Shown: positions 29,435 through 39,080, numbered from the stretch's first letter. The stretch is DNA of 64,000 nucleotides from an uncultured bacterium (GCA_965613025.1 CBFDUE010000001.1:6323-70322), one strand, 5' to 3'. Numbers and translations are program-made. The notes: a model not told the origin generated them from the letters alone.

Positions 29435-29501
29435 TTGACCTCCTCTCTTTTTTATGTATATTTAATAAAGATAGATTTATCAATTCATTTCTCTTTGAAT
29501 C

Positions 29502-30068
29502 ATGGCCTTAGGCGGTTTTCATAATGGTTATGACCCCTTATTCCTTGAAGAGATGGCAGATGTAACCCCTCTTCAGGATAAGGGAAACAGGATATTGCCT
29601 CTATATAAAAAGCATCTCAAGACCCCCTATCCTCCCCCTAATAAAGACAAAGAGGCAATAAGGATGCTTTCTGAACTCCTATCTGGAAGACAGGAGATAG
29701 ATTTCACCATGACAGATGAATATATTGAAGGGAAACTTAAGGGGCTCAGTCCCACTCTGATTAAGAAATTCCGAAGTGGACAGATCCCCTATCAGGACTA
29801 TCTGGATCTTCATGGAATGAGCAGGGATGAGGCCGAGAGCTGTCTTAAAGAATTTATTATCGCAAGCTTTAAAAGGGGGCTTAGATGTGTTCTCATTATC
29901 CATGGAAGGGGGCTCAACTCACCTGGATCCTATCCTGTCCTCAAGAGGCATATCCCATACTGGCTTAGTCATAGCCCACTTAATAAGATTGTGCTTGCCT
30001 TTGTAAGCTCTCAGCCATATGATGGAGGGACAGGTGCAACCTATGTGCTTCTGAGAAAGAGAAGATGA
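29502..30068 (+). CDS. Smr-domain protein (SmrB/YfcN-like endonuclease)
   Basis: 188 aa with a C-terminal Smr domain 'LDLHGMSRDEAESCLKEFI...VLIIHGRGLNSPG...LKRHIPYWL'. Confidence 0.85.
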   Translation: MALGGFHNGYDPLFLEEMADVTPLQDKGNRILPLYKKHLKTPYPPPNKDKEAIRMLSELLSGRQEIDFTMTDEYIEGKLKGLSPTLIKKFRSGQIPYQDYLDLHGMSRDEAESCLKEFIIASFKRGLRCVLIIHGRGLNSPGSYPVLKRHIPYWLSHSPLNKIVLAFVSSQPYDGGTGATYVLLRKRR

Positions 30069-31099
30069 AGATAGGAATAATAGGACTTACTGGATCAGGA
30101 AAGACTACCATATTTGATCTTCTTAAAGGCAAGAGGGGAGAAGAGGAGAGGGAAAAGGCAGGTAAGATCAGAATTGCAACTGTAATTGTTCAGGATCCCA
30201 GGTTAGACTATATTAAAGAGATACTCAGACCCAAAAAGATCACATATCCAAGAATAGAATACCTGCTTCCATCCCGATTCCATATTCAAAAAGAAAATGA
30301 GACCATCTCCTGGGCAGAGGTGCGGGCATGCGATGGCTTTCTGCATGTGCTTAGAAATTTTAAGATCCCTGGCCTACAGGAGCCTGATCCTGAAAGAGAC
30401 TTTTGGGAGCTGGAACAAGAGATGATCCTAAATGATCTTATGGTAGCAGAAAAACGCATAGAGAGACTGAAGCTGGATCAAAGAAAGGGGAAAAAGATAG
30501 ATCCCAAAGAGATGGAGCTCTTAGAAAAGATAAAAGGCCTTTTAGAAGATTCCATTCCATTGAGATCAGAACCCCTCTTAGCCCATGATCCTGACCTTAG
30601 ACCTTATTCATTCTTGAGCTCAAAACCCCAATTTATAGTAATAAATAATGAAGATGATGATACCCAGATTCCCAAATGGAAAAGAACACCGGATAATATG
30701 GGAGTGATGGCAATAAGGGCCAAGATTGAGATGGAGATTGCATCCCTTTTGCCTGATGAGAGAGAGGAATTTATGAAGCTCTATAACATTAATGAATCCT
30801 TAGTAGATAGGCTTATAAGAGAGTCATACAGGATGCTTGATGTAATCCATTTTTACACAGTTGTAGGAGATGAATCTAAGGCATGGGAGATACAAAAAGG
30901 CACCCCATGTATTGAGGCTGCAGGAGCGGTGCACACCGATATGAAAAAGGGCTTTATTAAGGCAGAGGTTATCTCCTTTGAGGATCTTAAAAGATATGGG
31001 TCACTTAAAGAGGCACGAAATGCTGGGGTATTTAGGCTTGAAGGAAAAGACTATGTGGTTCAGGATGGAGACATTATAAACTTTAGATTTAAGGTGTAG
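30065..31099 (+). CDS. ychF: YchF-family ribosome-associated ATPase/GTPase (divergent)
   Basis: P-loop 'GLTGSGKTT', a central helical insertion and the YchF C-terminal (DUF933/TGS-like) end 'FRLEGKDYVVQDGDIINFRFKV'. It has an ATGA overlap with smr. Confidence 0.82.
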   Translation: MKIGIIGLTGSGKTTIFDLLKGKRGEEEREKAGKIRIATVIVQDPRLDYIKEILRPKKITYPRIEYLLPSRFHIQKENETISWAEVRACDGFLHVLRNFKIPGLQEPDPERDFWELEQEMILNDLMVAEKRIERLKLDQRKGKKIDPKEMELLEKIKGLLEDSIPLRSEPLLAHDPDLRPYSFLSSKPQFIVINNEDDDTQIPKWKRTPDNMGVMAIRAKIEMEIASLLPDEREEFMKLYNINESLVDRLIRESYRMLDVIHFYTVVGDESKAWEIQKGTPCIEAAGAVHTDMKKGFIKAEVISFEDLKRYGSLKEARNAGVFRLEGKDYVVQDGDIINFRFKV

Positions 31100-31110
31100 A
31101 AGGGAAGGAT

Positions 31111-32178
31111 ATGGGAAAGATAAGGGTTGCCATAATAGGTGCAGGGGGATATGGGGGGTGTGGAGCTATAGAGATACTCCACAGGCATCCAGATGCAGAG
31201 ATTGTTCAATTAGTTGATATCACAGGTATAGGTAGAAAAATTTCTGAGATTCATCCCCATCTTAGGGGCCTTGTAGATTTAAAGATCAGATCATTTGAAG
31301 AGTTTCAAAGAGATGGGGTTGAGGAGGCAGATGTGGCTCTCTTTGCCACCCCTGATGGGGTGTCCCAGCAATATGCCCCATATCTACTTGGAAAAGGGGT
31401 AAAGGTAATTGACTATAGCGGTGATTTCAGATTCAGGAACTTAGGTCAATATGAAGAATATGCAAAGAGGATAGGAAGAAAAGAGGGACATGAATCACCA
31501 CAGCTTTTGGAGAGAAGTACCTATGGACTTCCTGAAATACACAGAGATGAGATAGCACGTGCAGAGCTTGTGGGAAATCCCGGCTGTTTTGCAGTCAGCA
31601 TCATACTCGGTTTGGCTCCTGTGGTAAAAGACCACCTTATAGATACAGAAAACATAATATGCGATTCAAAGACAGGGGTTTCAGGAGCAGGAAAGAGGCC
31701 ATCACCTGCCTTCCACTACCCTGCAAGGCACGAATCCATCAATGCCTATAGAATAGGGGGGCATCAGCATGTAATTGAGATGGAAAAGGAGCTCTATGAG
31801 ATATCCAATATACCAATAAAATTAACCTTTACTCCCCATGTGATTCCCATATCCCGTGGTATATATAGCACCATATACTGTAAGAAGAGGTCTTCTATAA
31901 AAAAAGAGGATATAATCTCTTTATATAAGGATTCTTATAAAGACAGCCCCTTTGTAAAGATATGGGATGGAGATACCCCCCCAAGCACAATGGATGTGAG
32001 ATTCAGTAATTACTGTAGAATTCATATAGATGAGGATTCCCATACTGATACCCTGATAATTATAAGTGTTATTGATAATTTGGTGAAAGGACAGGCAGGA
32101 AATGCCATACAAAATATGAATATCATGTTTGGACTTCCAGAAGATATGGGCCTTAGCTACCCACCCCAGTATCCATAA
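31111..32178 (+). CDS. argC: N-acetyl-gamma-glutamyl-phosphate reductase ArgC
   Basis: 'VAIIGAGGYGG' and the catalytic Cys region 'VGNPGCFA', with 'DNLVKGQAGNAIQNMN' near the C-terminus. Confidence 0.93.
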   Translation: MGKIRVAIIGAGGYGGCGAIEILHRHPDAEIVQLVDITGIGRKISEIHPHLRGLVDLKIRSFEEFQRDGVEEADVALFATPDGVSQQYAPYLLGKGVKVIDYSGDFRFRNLGQYEEYAKRIGRKEGHESPQLLERSTYGLPEIHRDEIARAELVGNPGCFAVSIILGLAPVVKDHLIDTENIICDSKTGVSGAGKRPSPAFHYPARHESINAYRIGGHQHVIEMEKELYEISNIPIKLTFTPHVIPISRGIYSTIYCKKRSSIKKEDIISLYKDSYKDSPFVKIWDGDTPPSTMDVRFSNYCRIHIDEDSHTDTLIIISVIDNLVKGQAGNAIQNMNIMFGLPEDMGLSYPPQYP

Positions 32179-32199
32179 GTAATATCTGAAAAGGCTCCT

Positions 32200-32469
32200 T
32201 TAGGAACTTATAATCTTTTCGTATTCTGAGTGTTTACCAATCCAAAACCAGATGATCCCTTCTTCAATTTCTATGCCGATAGCTCTATATTTTCTACTCA
32301 CCCGAATAGACCAATACTTGCCAACCTTCTTTAAATGTAATGATGGATGGTGAGGATTATTCTTTAAAAGATCAAAGTTCTTATTCGCCAATTTTTTAAT
32401 ATCTTCAGGCAATCTCTTATATCTGTCCCAAAAGGAAGGGGCTGCATAATGCCTTAGAGTTCTTGACAT
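32200..32469 (-). CDS. Type II toxin, ParE/RelE superfamily
   Basis: 89 aa with 'HPSLHLKKVGKYWSIRVSRKYRAIG...IIWFWIGKHSEYEKI', the typical RelE/ParE-like core ending in W-IG-H-EY. It overlaps the upstream antitoxin ORF by 16 nt. Confidence 0.8.
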   Translation of the reverse strand: MSRTLRHYAAPSFWDRYKRLPEDIKKLANKNFDLLKNNPHHPSLHLKKVGKYWSIRVSRKYRAIGIEIEEGIIWFWIGKHSEYEKIISS

Positions 32470-32651
32470 TTTCCTTCATGAAAATCTCTAACGGCCTGTT
32501 CAGCTAATTTATCCAGTTTTCTTTGTCTCACATCTCTTTCAAATTCTTGGTCCCAGACCTCTTGTTCAAAACTCTCTATCCATTTAAAAAGAATTTTCAA
32601 ATCATTTTTGGGCAAGTTTTTAATGTTTTGGATAATTTCCTGAACTTGCAT
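32454..32651 (-). CDS. Cognate antitoxin (small helical addiction-module component)
   Basis: 65 aa with 'WDQEFERDVRQRKLDKLAEQAVRDFHEGKCQEL', a pattern I recognise from partners of this toxin type. It lies immediately upstream of the toxin and overlaps it. Confidence 0.7.
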   Translation of the reverse strand: MQVQEIIQNIKNLPKNDLKILFKWIESFEQEVWDQEFERDVRQRKLDKLAEQAVRDFHEGKCQEL

Positions 32652-32755
32652 TAGACCTTCCCCAAAATTGTGTCTCTTAAATTAATTATGTGTTCTTAGT
32701 TTATCCATCTTAAGTGATTTTCTGTATCTTATTTAACTTATACAAAGGATTAGGT

Positions 32756-35128
32756 CTATTTTATACAGACCTTTCTTACCTGTATTAGATCAGTATATCC
32801 CAACAGCACCTTTCTGATACCATCCTGCATAAGGGTAATCATTCCATCCTTTATGGCCTGCTGTCTGAGCTCTTCCATCCTTGCCCTGTTCTGAATCAAT
32901 GACTTCATCTCATCGGTTCCCACAAGCAGCTCATGAATTGCAACCCTTCCCCTATATCCTGTGTTTCCACACTTGGGACATCCTTTTGGTCTGTAAAGGA
33001 CAAGATCGCTATTATATTCAAAACCGAGTGCATCAAAATCTCCCTCATAGGCCCTTCTCAGTGCATCAAATTCCTCTTGCGTTGGATGATACTTTTCCTT
33101 ACAGTCTTTACAGAGGGTTCTTACAAGCCTCTGAGCCAGAATTCCCAAGATCGCATCTGCAAAATTAAATGGGTCCATTCCCATATCCAGTAGCCTTGTA
33201 ATGGTCTCAGGGGCACTATTGGTATGCAGGGTGCTGAATACTAAGTGACCTGTAAGGGATGCCTCAATTGCGGTTGCAACTGTCTCATGATCTCTCATCT
33301 CACCTACCATTATCACATCGGGGTCTGCTCTAAGAAATGCCCTCATAGCCCTTGCAAAATCAAAACCGATCTTGGGCTGAACCTGAACCTGCCTGAGCCC
33401 CTCCTGGGTTATCTCCACAGGATCTTCTGCAGTCCATATCTTCACCTCTGGTCTATTAATATATTTAAGGGCTGCATGAAGTGTGGTGGTCTTTCCAGAA
33501 CCTGTAGGACCTACCACCAGCACAATCCCATATGGCTTTGTTATCATATCAATGAATGCCTTATAGTCCCTCTCCCTCATCCCCATCTTCTCTAAGGGTA
33601 TGGGTTCTCCTGAGGCCAGGAGTCTCAGAACCACATCTTCAACTCCACCTGCGGTAGGGATGGTGGCGACTCTTAACTCAATATCCAGGGGGGCATATTT
33701 TTTAAATTTTATCTTTCCGTCCTGAGGCAGTCTCCTTTCAGATATATCCAGATCTGACATAATCTTAATCCTGGATACTATAGCCCTCTTAAATGTATAG
33801 GGGATGGTCTGATAGACCTGGCATGCGCCATCAATCCTGAATCTTATAACCGCATTCTGCTTGCCCGGTCTGGGTTCAATATGTATATCTGAGGCATTTC
33901 TGTTATGGGCATCAATGATCATCTTATTTACTAATTGGACAATAACACCATCTTCTTCACTTACCCTTTCCACTTCCTCATCTTCTTCTTCATCTTCAAA
34001 TCCCTCAAGTTTCCCAAGTATATCTTCAATGCTCTTGGTATCTCCCAAGAGGTTGCTCTTTTTAACATCAAAGAAAAGATCCACTATCTTCAGGATATCC
34101 TCTTTTATGGCCACACAATATCTGAACTCCTTATCCGGTATCAGTCTCTTTATGGTGTCTCTGGCAGGTAGATGATCAGGATTTTCCATTGCCACCACTA
34201 CCTTCCCATCGGTCTGCGCAATGGGAACAAATCCGTTGTTCTTTAAAAAGTTGGGTTTAAGGCCTTTCAGGAGTTCACCTGGAATTACCATATTTTCATC
34301 ATATGCAATGAAAGGAACCCTGTAGTATTGGGATAGGGATTTGCCAATCTCTTCCTTAGGGACATTAAAATCAGATATGAGCACGGACTCCACTGACACC
34401 TTCTTCTTCCGTGCAGTTGCTATTGCCTCATTAAGCTCTTTTTCAGTGATTATATTATGGGTAATGAGATAGTCAAATTTGGTAGGTCTCTTTCTCTCAG
34501 CTATCTTTTGATTCTTAAAAAAGGCAATACCCAAGACCCTTGCAATCTCTTTTACAGCGGATTCATCCTTCTCTGTAAATTCATTACCACTCTTTTTATT
34601 TATAAGCTGGATAGCACCCAATAGATATTTCTTAAACACTATGGGAGTTACAAGCACCTGTCTTGTCCTGTATCCTGTCTTCTGGTCCCAGCTCTTGTCA
34701 AATTTAAGGGATGGGCTTATCTTTTTGAGCTCTTCATCATCATATGCATTCTTTATCCTTACTGTCTTTCCTGTAGATACACAAAAGCCTGCAATGCTAT
34801 TGGTATTAATGGGTATCCTTATCTCATTTACTTCATCTCCTGTCTTGAAGCGGGAGTAGATCTCTCGTCTAACACCATCAACCACATATATGGTGATTCT
34901 ATCTGCGTCAAAGAGGCTTAAGATCTCGTATTGGAGGTTTTCCAAAATCTCATTGGTATCTTCCGCAGAGTGTATCTTATTGGTTATGTCCTGGAGCTTC
35001 TTATGGAATAAAAGCTCCTTTTCAAGTTCCTCCTGGGAATATTCCTCAACCTTTGAATAGGCCTCCATATTCTCACCATCAGAAATAAAATATTTTACAT
35101 ATACGAAATTTTTAATATTATTTGCCAT
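32756..35128 (-). CDS. GAF-domain-containing type II/IV secretion (GspE/PilB-family) ATPase, orphan
   Basis: 790 aa. There is an N-terminal GAF-like region (about residues 60-200, 'ADRITIYVVDG...SIAGFCVSTGKTVRIKNAYDD...LGAIQLINK') and a T2SSE_N-type domain. The ATPase core has Walker A 'GPTGSGKTTT', 'MVGEMRD', 'TGHLVFSTLHTN' and the tetracysteine 'CKDCKEK...CPKCGNTGYRGR'. Confidence 0.9.
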   Translation of the reverse strand: MANNIKNFVYVKYFISDGENMEAYSKVEEYSQEELEKELLFHKKLQDITNKIHSAEDTNEILENLQYEILSLFDADRITIYVVDGVRREIYSRFKTGDEVNEIRIPINTNSIAGFCVSTGKTVRIKNAYDDEELKKISPSLKFDKSWDQKTGYRTRQVLVTPIVFKKYLLGAIQLINKKSGNEFTEKDESAVKEIARVLGIAFFKNQKIAERKRPTKFDYLITHNIITEKELNEAIATARKKKVSVESVLISDFNVPKEEIGKSLSQYYRVPFIAYDENMVIPGELLKGLKPNFLKNNGFVPIAQTDGKVVVAMENPDHLPARDTIKRLIPDKEFRYCVAIKEDILKIVDLFFDVKKSNLLGDTKSIEDILGKLEGFEDEEEDEEVERVSEEDGVIVQLVNKMIIDAHNRNASDIHIEPRPGKQNAVIRFRIDGACQVYQTIPYTFKRAIVSRIKIMSDLDISERRLPQDGKIKFKKYAPLDIELRVATIPTAGGVEDVVLRLLASGEPIPLEKMGMRERDYKAFIDMITKPYGIVLVVGPTGSGKTTTLHAALKYINRPEVKIWTAEDPVEITQEGLRQVQVQPKIGFDFARAMRAFLRADPDVIMVGEMRDHETVATAIEASLTGHLVFSTLHTNSAPETITRLLDMGMDPFNFADAILGILAQRLVRTLCKDCKEKYHPTQEEFDALRRAYEGDFDALGFEYNSDLVLYRPKGCPKCGNTGYRGRVAIHELLVGTDEMKSLIQNRARMEELRQQAIKDGMITLMQDGIRKVLLGYTDLIQVRKVCIK

Positions 35129-35171
35129 TATATTTAAAAATGCAAGCCCTTAATTTTTAAGGGGGAAAAAG

Positions 35172-35945
35172 TTGCTCAGATTAATAGATTCCCATGCCCA
35201 TCTGGAAATGGATCATTTTAGAGACGAAATTGAAATGGTTATCTCCAGGGCAAGGGAAAGGGGAATTGAAAAGATCATATCCATAGGGATAGATGTGGAA
35301 AGCTCCATTAGATCCCTTGAGCTTTCAAAGAGGTTTGAAGGAATATATACGACCATTGGCTTTCATCCCCATGAGGCAGACAGATTTGAAGATTCTGTAA
35401 TAGATGAGCTAAAGGAGCTTTCAAGAGATCCCAAGATAGTAGGAGTGGGAGAGATCGGCCTTGACTTTTTTAAGAGATACTCTGAAATATCCAATCAAGT
35501 TAGGGTATTCAACAAGATGCTGGATCTTTCCAAAGAGCTAAGACTCCCGGTGATTCTCCATATCAGGGATGCCTTTGAAGAGGCCATATCTGTGCTTAAG
35601 TCAAAGGGGGGAGACAGAATAGTCGGTGTGGTGCATTGTTTTTCTGGCAATTACAATATGGCAAAGAGATTTCTGGATATGGGGCTATATATATCAATTC
35701 CTGGAACTATTACCTATAAGGGATCTGAAAATCTACGGGAGGTGGTAAAGGAGATGCCTCTGGATCGCCTTCTTGTTGAAACAGACTCCCCATTTCTATC
35801 CCCTCAACCCATGAGGGGGAAAAGAAATGAGCCCTCCTTTTTGTTATATACTGTAGAGAAGATTGCAGAGATTAGAAAAATGGATCTGGAAGAACTGAGT
35901 CACAGAATCTATCAAAATACCATATCTCTGTTCAACATAAGTTAG
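35172..35945 (+). CDS. tatD: TatD-family metal-dependent hydrolase/DNase
   Basis: 'IDSHAHL', 'GEIGLDF', 'ILHIRDA', 'VVHCFSG' and 'ETDSPFLSP'. It has a TTG start with a GGGGG RBS. Confidence 0.92.
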   Translation: MLRLIDSHAHLEMDHFRDEIEMVISRARERGIEKIISIGIDVESSIRSLELSKRFEGIYTTIGFHPHEADRFEDSVIDELKELSRDPKIVGVGEIGLDFFKRYSEISNQVRVFNKMLDLSKELRLPVILHIRDAFEEAISVLKSKGGDRIVGVVHCFSGNYNMAKRFLDMGLYISIPGTITYKGSENLREVVKEMPLDRLLVETDSPFLSPQPMRGKRNEPSFLLYTVEKIAEIRKMDLEELSHRIYQNTISLFNIS

Positions 35946-35946
35946 A

Positions 35947-36582
35947 ATGGTAGATTCCTGCATATCCCATAGCAATCCATTGATACTAGCATCGTCATCT
36001 GAAAGAAGGAAGATGCTCTTATCGCAGCTACATATACCCTTTATAGCAGAAGGAACCCTTCTGTATGAGGATATCTATGGTGGAGATGTTAAGGATCTGA
36101 CTATTCATTTAGCAACTCTAAAGGCAGAATCGCTAAGGGATAGGTATAGGAGAAAATGGATTCTGGGCGCAGATACACTGGTATATGTATCAGATAAGAT
36201 CATTGGAAAGCCAAAAGATAAAAGAGATGCCTTAAATATACTTATGGAGCTAAGAGGGAGAGAGCATCAGGTTATAACAGGGTTTTCAATAATTGATCCT
36301 CAGGGTCAAAGGGCATATTGTGAGGCAGTAGTGACTTATGTCAGATTTAAAAAATTGTCTGACTCTGAGATAATAAATTATATTAACACTGGAGAGCCTT
36401 TTGGAAAGGCAGGTGCATATGCCATTCAGGGGATAGGAGCGTTTATGGTAAAGGAGATAAGGGGAAGTTATAGCAATGTGGTAGGTCTTCCCTTGGCAGA
36501 GCTAATAGAGGCGCTCTTAAAGCTTAGGGCCTTAAAGAGCTTTCCTTTAATTAAACCGTCTTTGTCTATGGATTTCAGATAA
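35947..36582 (+). CDS. maf: Maf-like nucleoside triphosphate pyrophosphatase
   Basis: 'LILASSSERRKMLL', 'LGADTLV' and 'GKAGAYAIQG'. The 3' end overlaps the convergent methyltransferase gene by 36 nt. Confidence 0.9.
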   Translation: MVDSCISHSNPLILASSSERRKMLLSQLHIPFIAEGTLLYEDIYGGDVKDLTIHLATLKAESLRDRYRRKWILGADTLVYVSDKIIGKPKDKRDALNILMELRGREHQVITGFSIIDPQGQRAYCEAVVTYVRFKKLSDSEIINYINTGEPFGKAGAYAIQGIGAFMVKEIRGSYSNVVGLPLAELIEALLKLRALKSFPLIKPSLSMDFR

Positions 36583-37293
36583 CACAATTCCAAGTGCAAC
36601 TGATACATTTAGGCTACTGATATCTCCCTTAGAGGGGATAGATACCAACTCATCACATATCTTTACCAAACTATGATTAATTCCTCTTTCCTCATTTCCC
36701 ACTATCAGTGCCACATCCCGCCTCCAGTCAAAATCGTATATACTCTCTTTAGCCCTCTCATCCGTGCCTATTATCCAGAATCCCTCTCTTTTGAGTCTGA
36801 GTGCGGTGTTTTTAAGGTTGGATACCTTAGCTATGGGAACAGATAGATATCCACCTGAGGATCTCTTCATAACCTGCCCACTTATTGAGGCAGATCTTCT
36901 TTCTGGAATTATGAAACCATCTACCTTAAAAAATGCACAGACCCTTAAGATCGCTCCCATATTCCCCTCATCGGTTATATGATCTGCCATCACTATCAGA
37001 GCTGTGCCCCTCTTCTTCACTGTCAGAGATAGAATGGATTGAAGGCTCTGATATCTAAATGCATCCACAACTGCTGCCACACCTTGATGATTTATCCCTG
37101 AAAGTGAGTGGTTGAAATCCTCTTTGTCTTTAAGATATACAGGGATGCACCTTTTATGCGCCTTCTCTAAGATCCCTTCTCTTCTCTGGGATCTTACCTG
37201 TATCCATATCTCGTGTATTCTGATATCATCTCTTTCCAAAAGATATCTTACAGTCTGATATCCTCCAATTATCTCTTTATCCTTTGTACCCAT
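36547..37293 (-). CDS. SpoU/TrmH-family RNA 2'-O-methyltransferase (RlmB-like)
   Basis: N-terminal SpoU_sub_bind-like region, then 'DHITDEGNMGAILR', 'LIVGNEERGIN' and 'IPSKGDISSLNVSVALGIVL'. Confidence 0.85.
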   Translation of the reverse strand: MGTKDKEIIGGYQTVRYLLERDDIRIHEIWIQVRSQRREGILEKAHKRCIPVYLKDKEDFNHSLSGINHQGVAAVVDAFRYQSLQSILSLTVKKRGTALIVMADHITDEGNMGAILRVCAFFKVDGFIIPERRSASISGQVMKRSSGGYLSVPIAKVSNLKNTALRLKREGFWIIGTDERAKESIYDFDWRRDVALIVGNEERGINHSLVKICDELVSIPSKGDISSLNVSVALGIVLSEIHRQRRFN

Positions 37294-37888
37294 TAATTAT
37301 ATCTTCAATCCTATTGTAGATCCTCTCCCTTATATATCTAAATGATATTATTATGGACTCCACCGCCCTTATGGCTGAATCTATATCATCATTTACCACC
37401 ACATAGTCATACCATCTTGACTCTCTAAGTTCTTGAAATGCCTGCTTCATCCTTCTATCTATTGTCTCATCACTGTCTGTCTTTCTTCCTTTAAGCCTTT
37501 TAAAAAGCTCTTCTACAGAAGGAGGAAGAATAAATATCAGATGGGAGTGGTCTATCTTTTCTTTTATATTTCTTGCACCCTTGGGATCTATATCCATTAT
37601 TACATCCTCTCCTTGCTTCATAACTTCATAAATGAATCTATACGAGGTGCCATAGAGATTTCCATATACCTCCTCCCATTCAATAAACTCACCCTTTCTT
37701 ATCATCTCCTTAAATTCAGTCTCACTTATAAAATTATAGTCTATGCCATCCACCTCTCCTCTGCGTGGAGGCCTTGTGGTGTAGGACACTGAATATCGGA
37801 TATGAGGAATCTTTTTGAGCAAATATGTTATGATAGTGGATTTACCCACTCCAGATGGTCCAGATATCACAAAGAGATGACCTTTCAT
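37277..37888 (-). CDS. gmk: Guanylate kinase
   Basis: '[11 protein letters not shown]', '[19 protein letters not shown]' and '[12 protein letters not shown]'. Confidence 0.96.
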   Translation of the reverse strand: MKGHLFVISGPSGVGKSTIITYLLKKIPHIRYSVSYTTRPPRRGEVDGIDYNFISETEFKEMIRKGEFIEWEEVYGNLYGTSYRFIYEVMKQGEDVIMDIDPKGARNIKEKIDHSHLIFILPPSVEELFKRLKGRKTDSDETIDRRMKQAFQELRESRWYDYVVVNDDIDSAIRAVESIIISFRYIRERIYNRIEDIINGYKG

Positions 37889-38160
37889 ATCTGAGATGTC
37901 TCATCCTGAGGATTCCGAGAGTCTGTGGAAAATCTCTGAGCGATGGTCTCTGTCTGAACCGCAGAGAGGATCACATGATTACTGTCTGTAATGATAAGGG
38001 ATCTTGTCTTTCTTCCTTGAGTAGCATCAATAAGGCGATTTTCTCTCCTTGCCTCTTCCCTTAATCTCTTTGCGGGAGCGGTATTAGGAGAGATAATTGC
38101 CACGATCCTGTCCCTTACAACTGAATTTCCAAAACCGATATTTATTAACCTATTACTCAT
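37885..38160 (-). CDS. remA: RemA/DUF370-family regulator
   Basis: 91 aa with '[29 protein letters not shown]...[33 protein letters not shown]'. It is in the conserved yicC-remA-gmk neighbourhood. Confidence 0.9.
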   Translation of the reverse strand: MSNRLINIGFGNSVVRDRIVAIISPNTAPAKRLREEARRENRLIDATQGRKTRSLIITDSNHVILSAVQTETIAQRFSTDSRNPQDETSQI

Positions 38161-38175
38161 AAGATACTCCTCAGG

Positions 38176-39057
38176 CTATTCAATATTCTGTGCATGTTCC
38201 CTTAACTTTTCAAGCTCTACCTTTATGTTTACCACATTCATTGATATATCAAAGTCAGAGGCCTTTGTACTCAAGGTATTTACCTCTCTATGAATCTCCT
38301 GAATTAAAAACTCTATCTTCCTTCCCAATGCCCCATCATGAGTCAAGATATCTTCAAACTGTCTGAGGTGACTGTCAATTCTTATCAATTCTTCATTAAC
38401 ATCTGTCTTATGGATATATATGGCAAGCTCCTGCATCATCCTCTCTTCAGAGATGGGGATATCTTCCAGTATCTCTTTAGCTCTCCTAAGGAATCTTTCC
38501 TTATATTCCGCTAACATCTCAGGCAGCCTCTTCCTTATCTCTTTGAGATTTTCCCTGATCTTCCGTATTCTATTTAACATATCATCTCTTATGGCCTTTC
38601 CTTCCTGAATCCTCATATCATCAAGCATTGAGAGAGCAGAACTTAACGCATCATTTACCCCCTCTCTGATCTCTTCACGATCCATCTCCTTTGCCTTATA
38701 AGTCAAAACATCTCTCATCTGAAATAGTATCTCAGAGCTCACTGGAGGAGAAATTCCAAATCTATCACTTACACTTTTAAAAAGATCCATATATCTTTTC
38801 AAGAGCTCTTCATTTAAAAGTATCTCATAATCACTCCCTTCCTGTCCAAACCTCACCTGCACATTCACATCCACCCTTCCACGAATGATCTTTTCAGAGA
38901 TCTTCTCCTTCACAAGATCCTCAAATGGATAGGTATTCTTGGGGATATGGATGTTTATATCCCTGAATCTGCTGTTAACAGATCTTATCTCTACGGTGAT
39001 ATTTATATCCCCGCTGTTAAACTCCCCTTTCCCATAGCCTGTCATGCTCTTTATCAA
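38176..39057 (-). CDS. yicC: YicC-family stress-induced protein (endoribonuclease YicC-like)
   Basis: The N-terminus 'MIKSMTGYGKG' and the C-terminal 'GRKIEFLIQEIHREVNTLSTKA' are typical of YicC/UPF0701. It has a TTG start with the RBS AAAGGAGGAA. Confidence 0.9.
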   Translation of the reverse strand: MIKSMTGYGKGEFNSGDINITVEIRSVNSRFRDINIHIPKNTYPFEDLVKEKISEKIIRGRVDVNVQVRFGQEGSDYEILLNEELLKRYMDLFKSVSDRFGISPPVSSEILFQMRDVLTYKAKEMDREEIREGVNDALSSALSMLDDMRIQEGKAIRDDMLNRIRKIRENLKEIRKRLPEMLAEYKERFLRRAKEILEDIPISEERMMQELAIYIHKTDVNEELIRIDSHLRQFEDILTHDGALGRKIEFLIQEIHREVNTLSTKASDFDISMNVVNIKVELEKLREHAQNIE

Positions 39058-39080
39058 CGAAATATTCCTCCTTTATAGGT

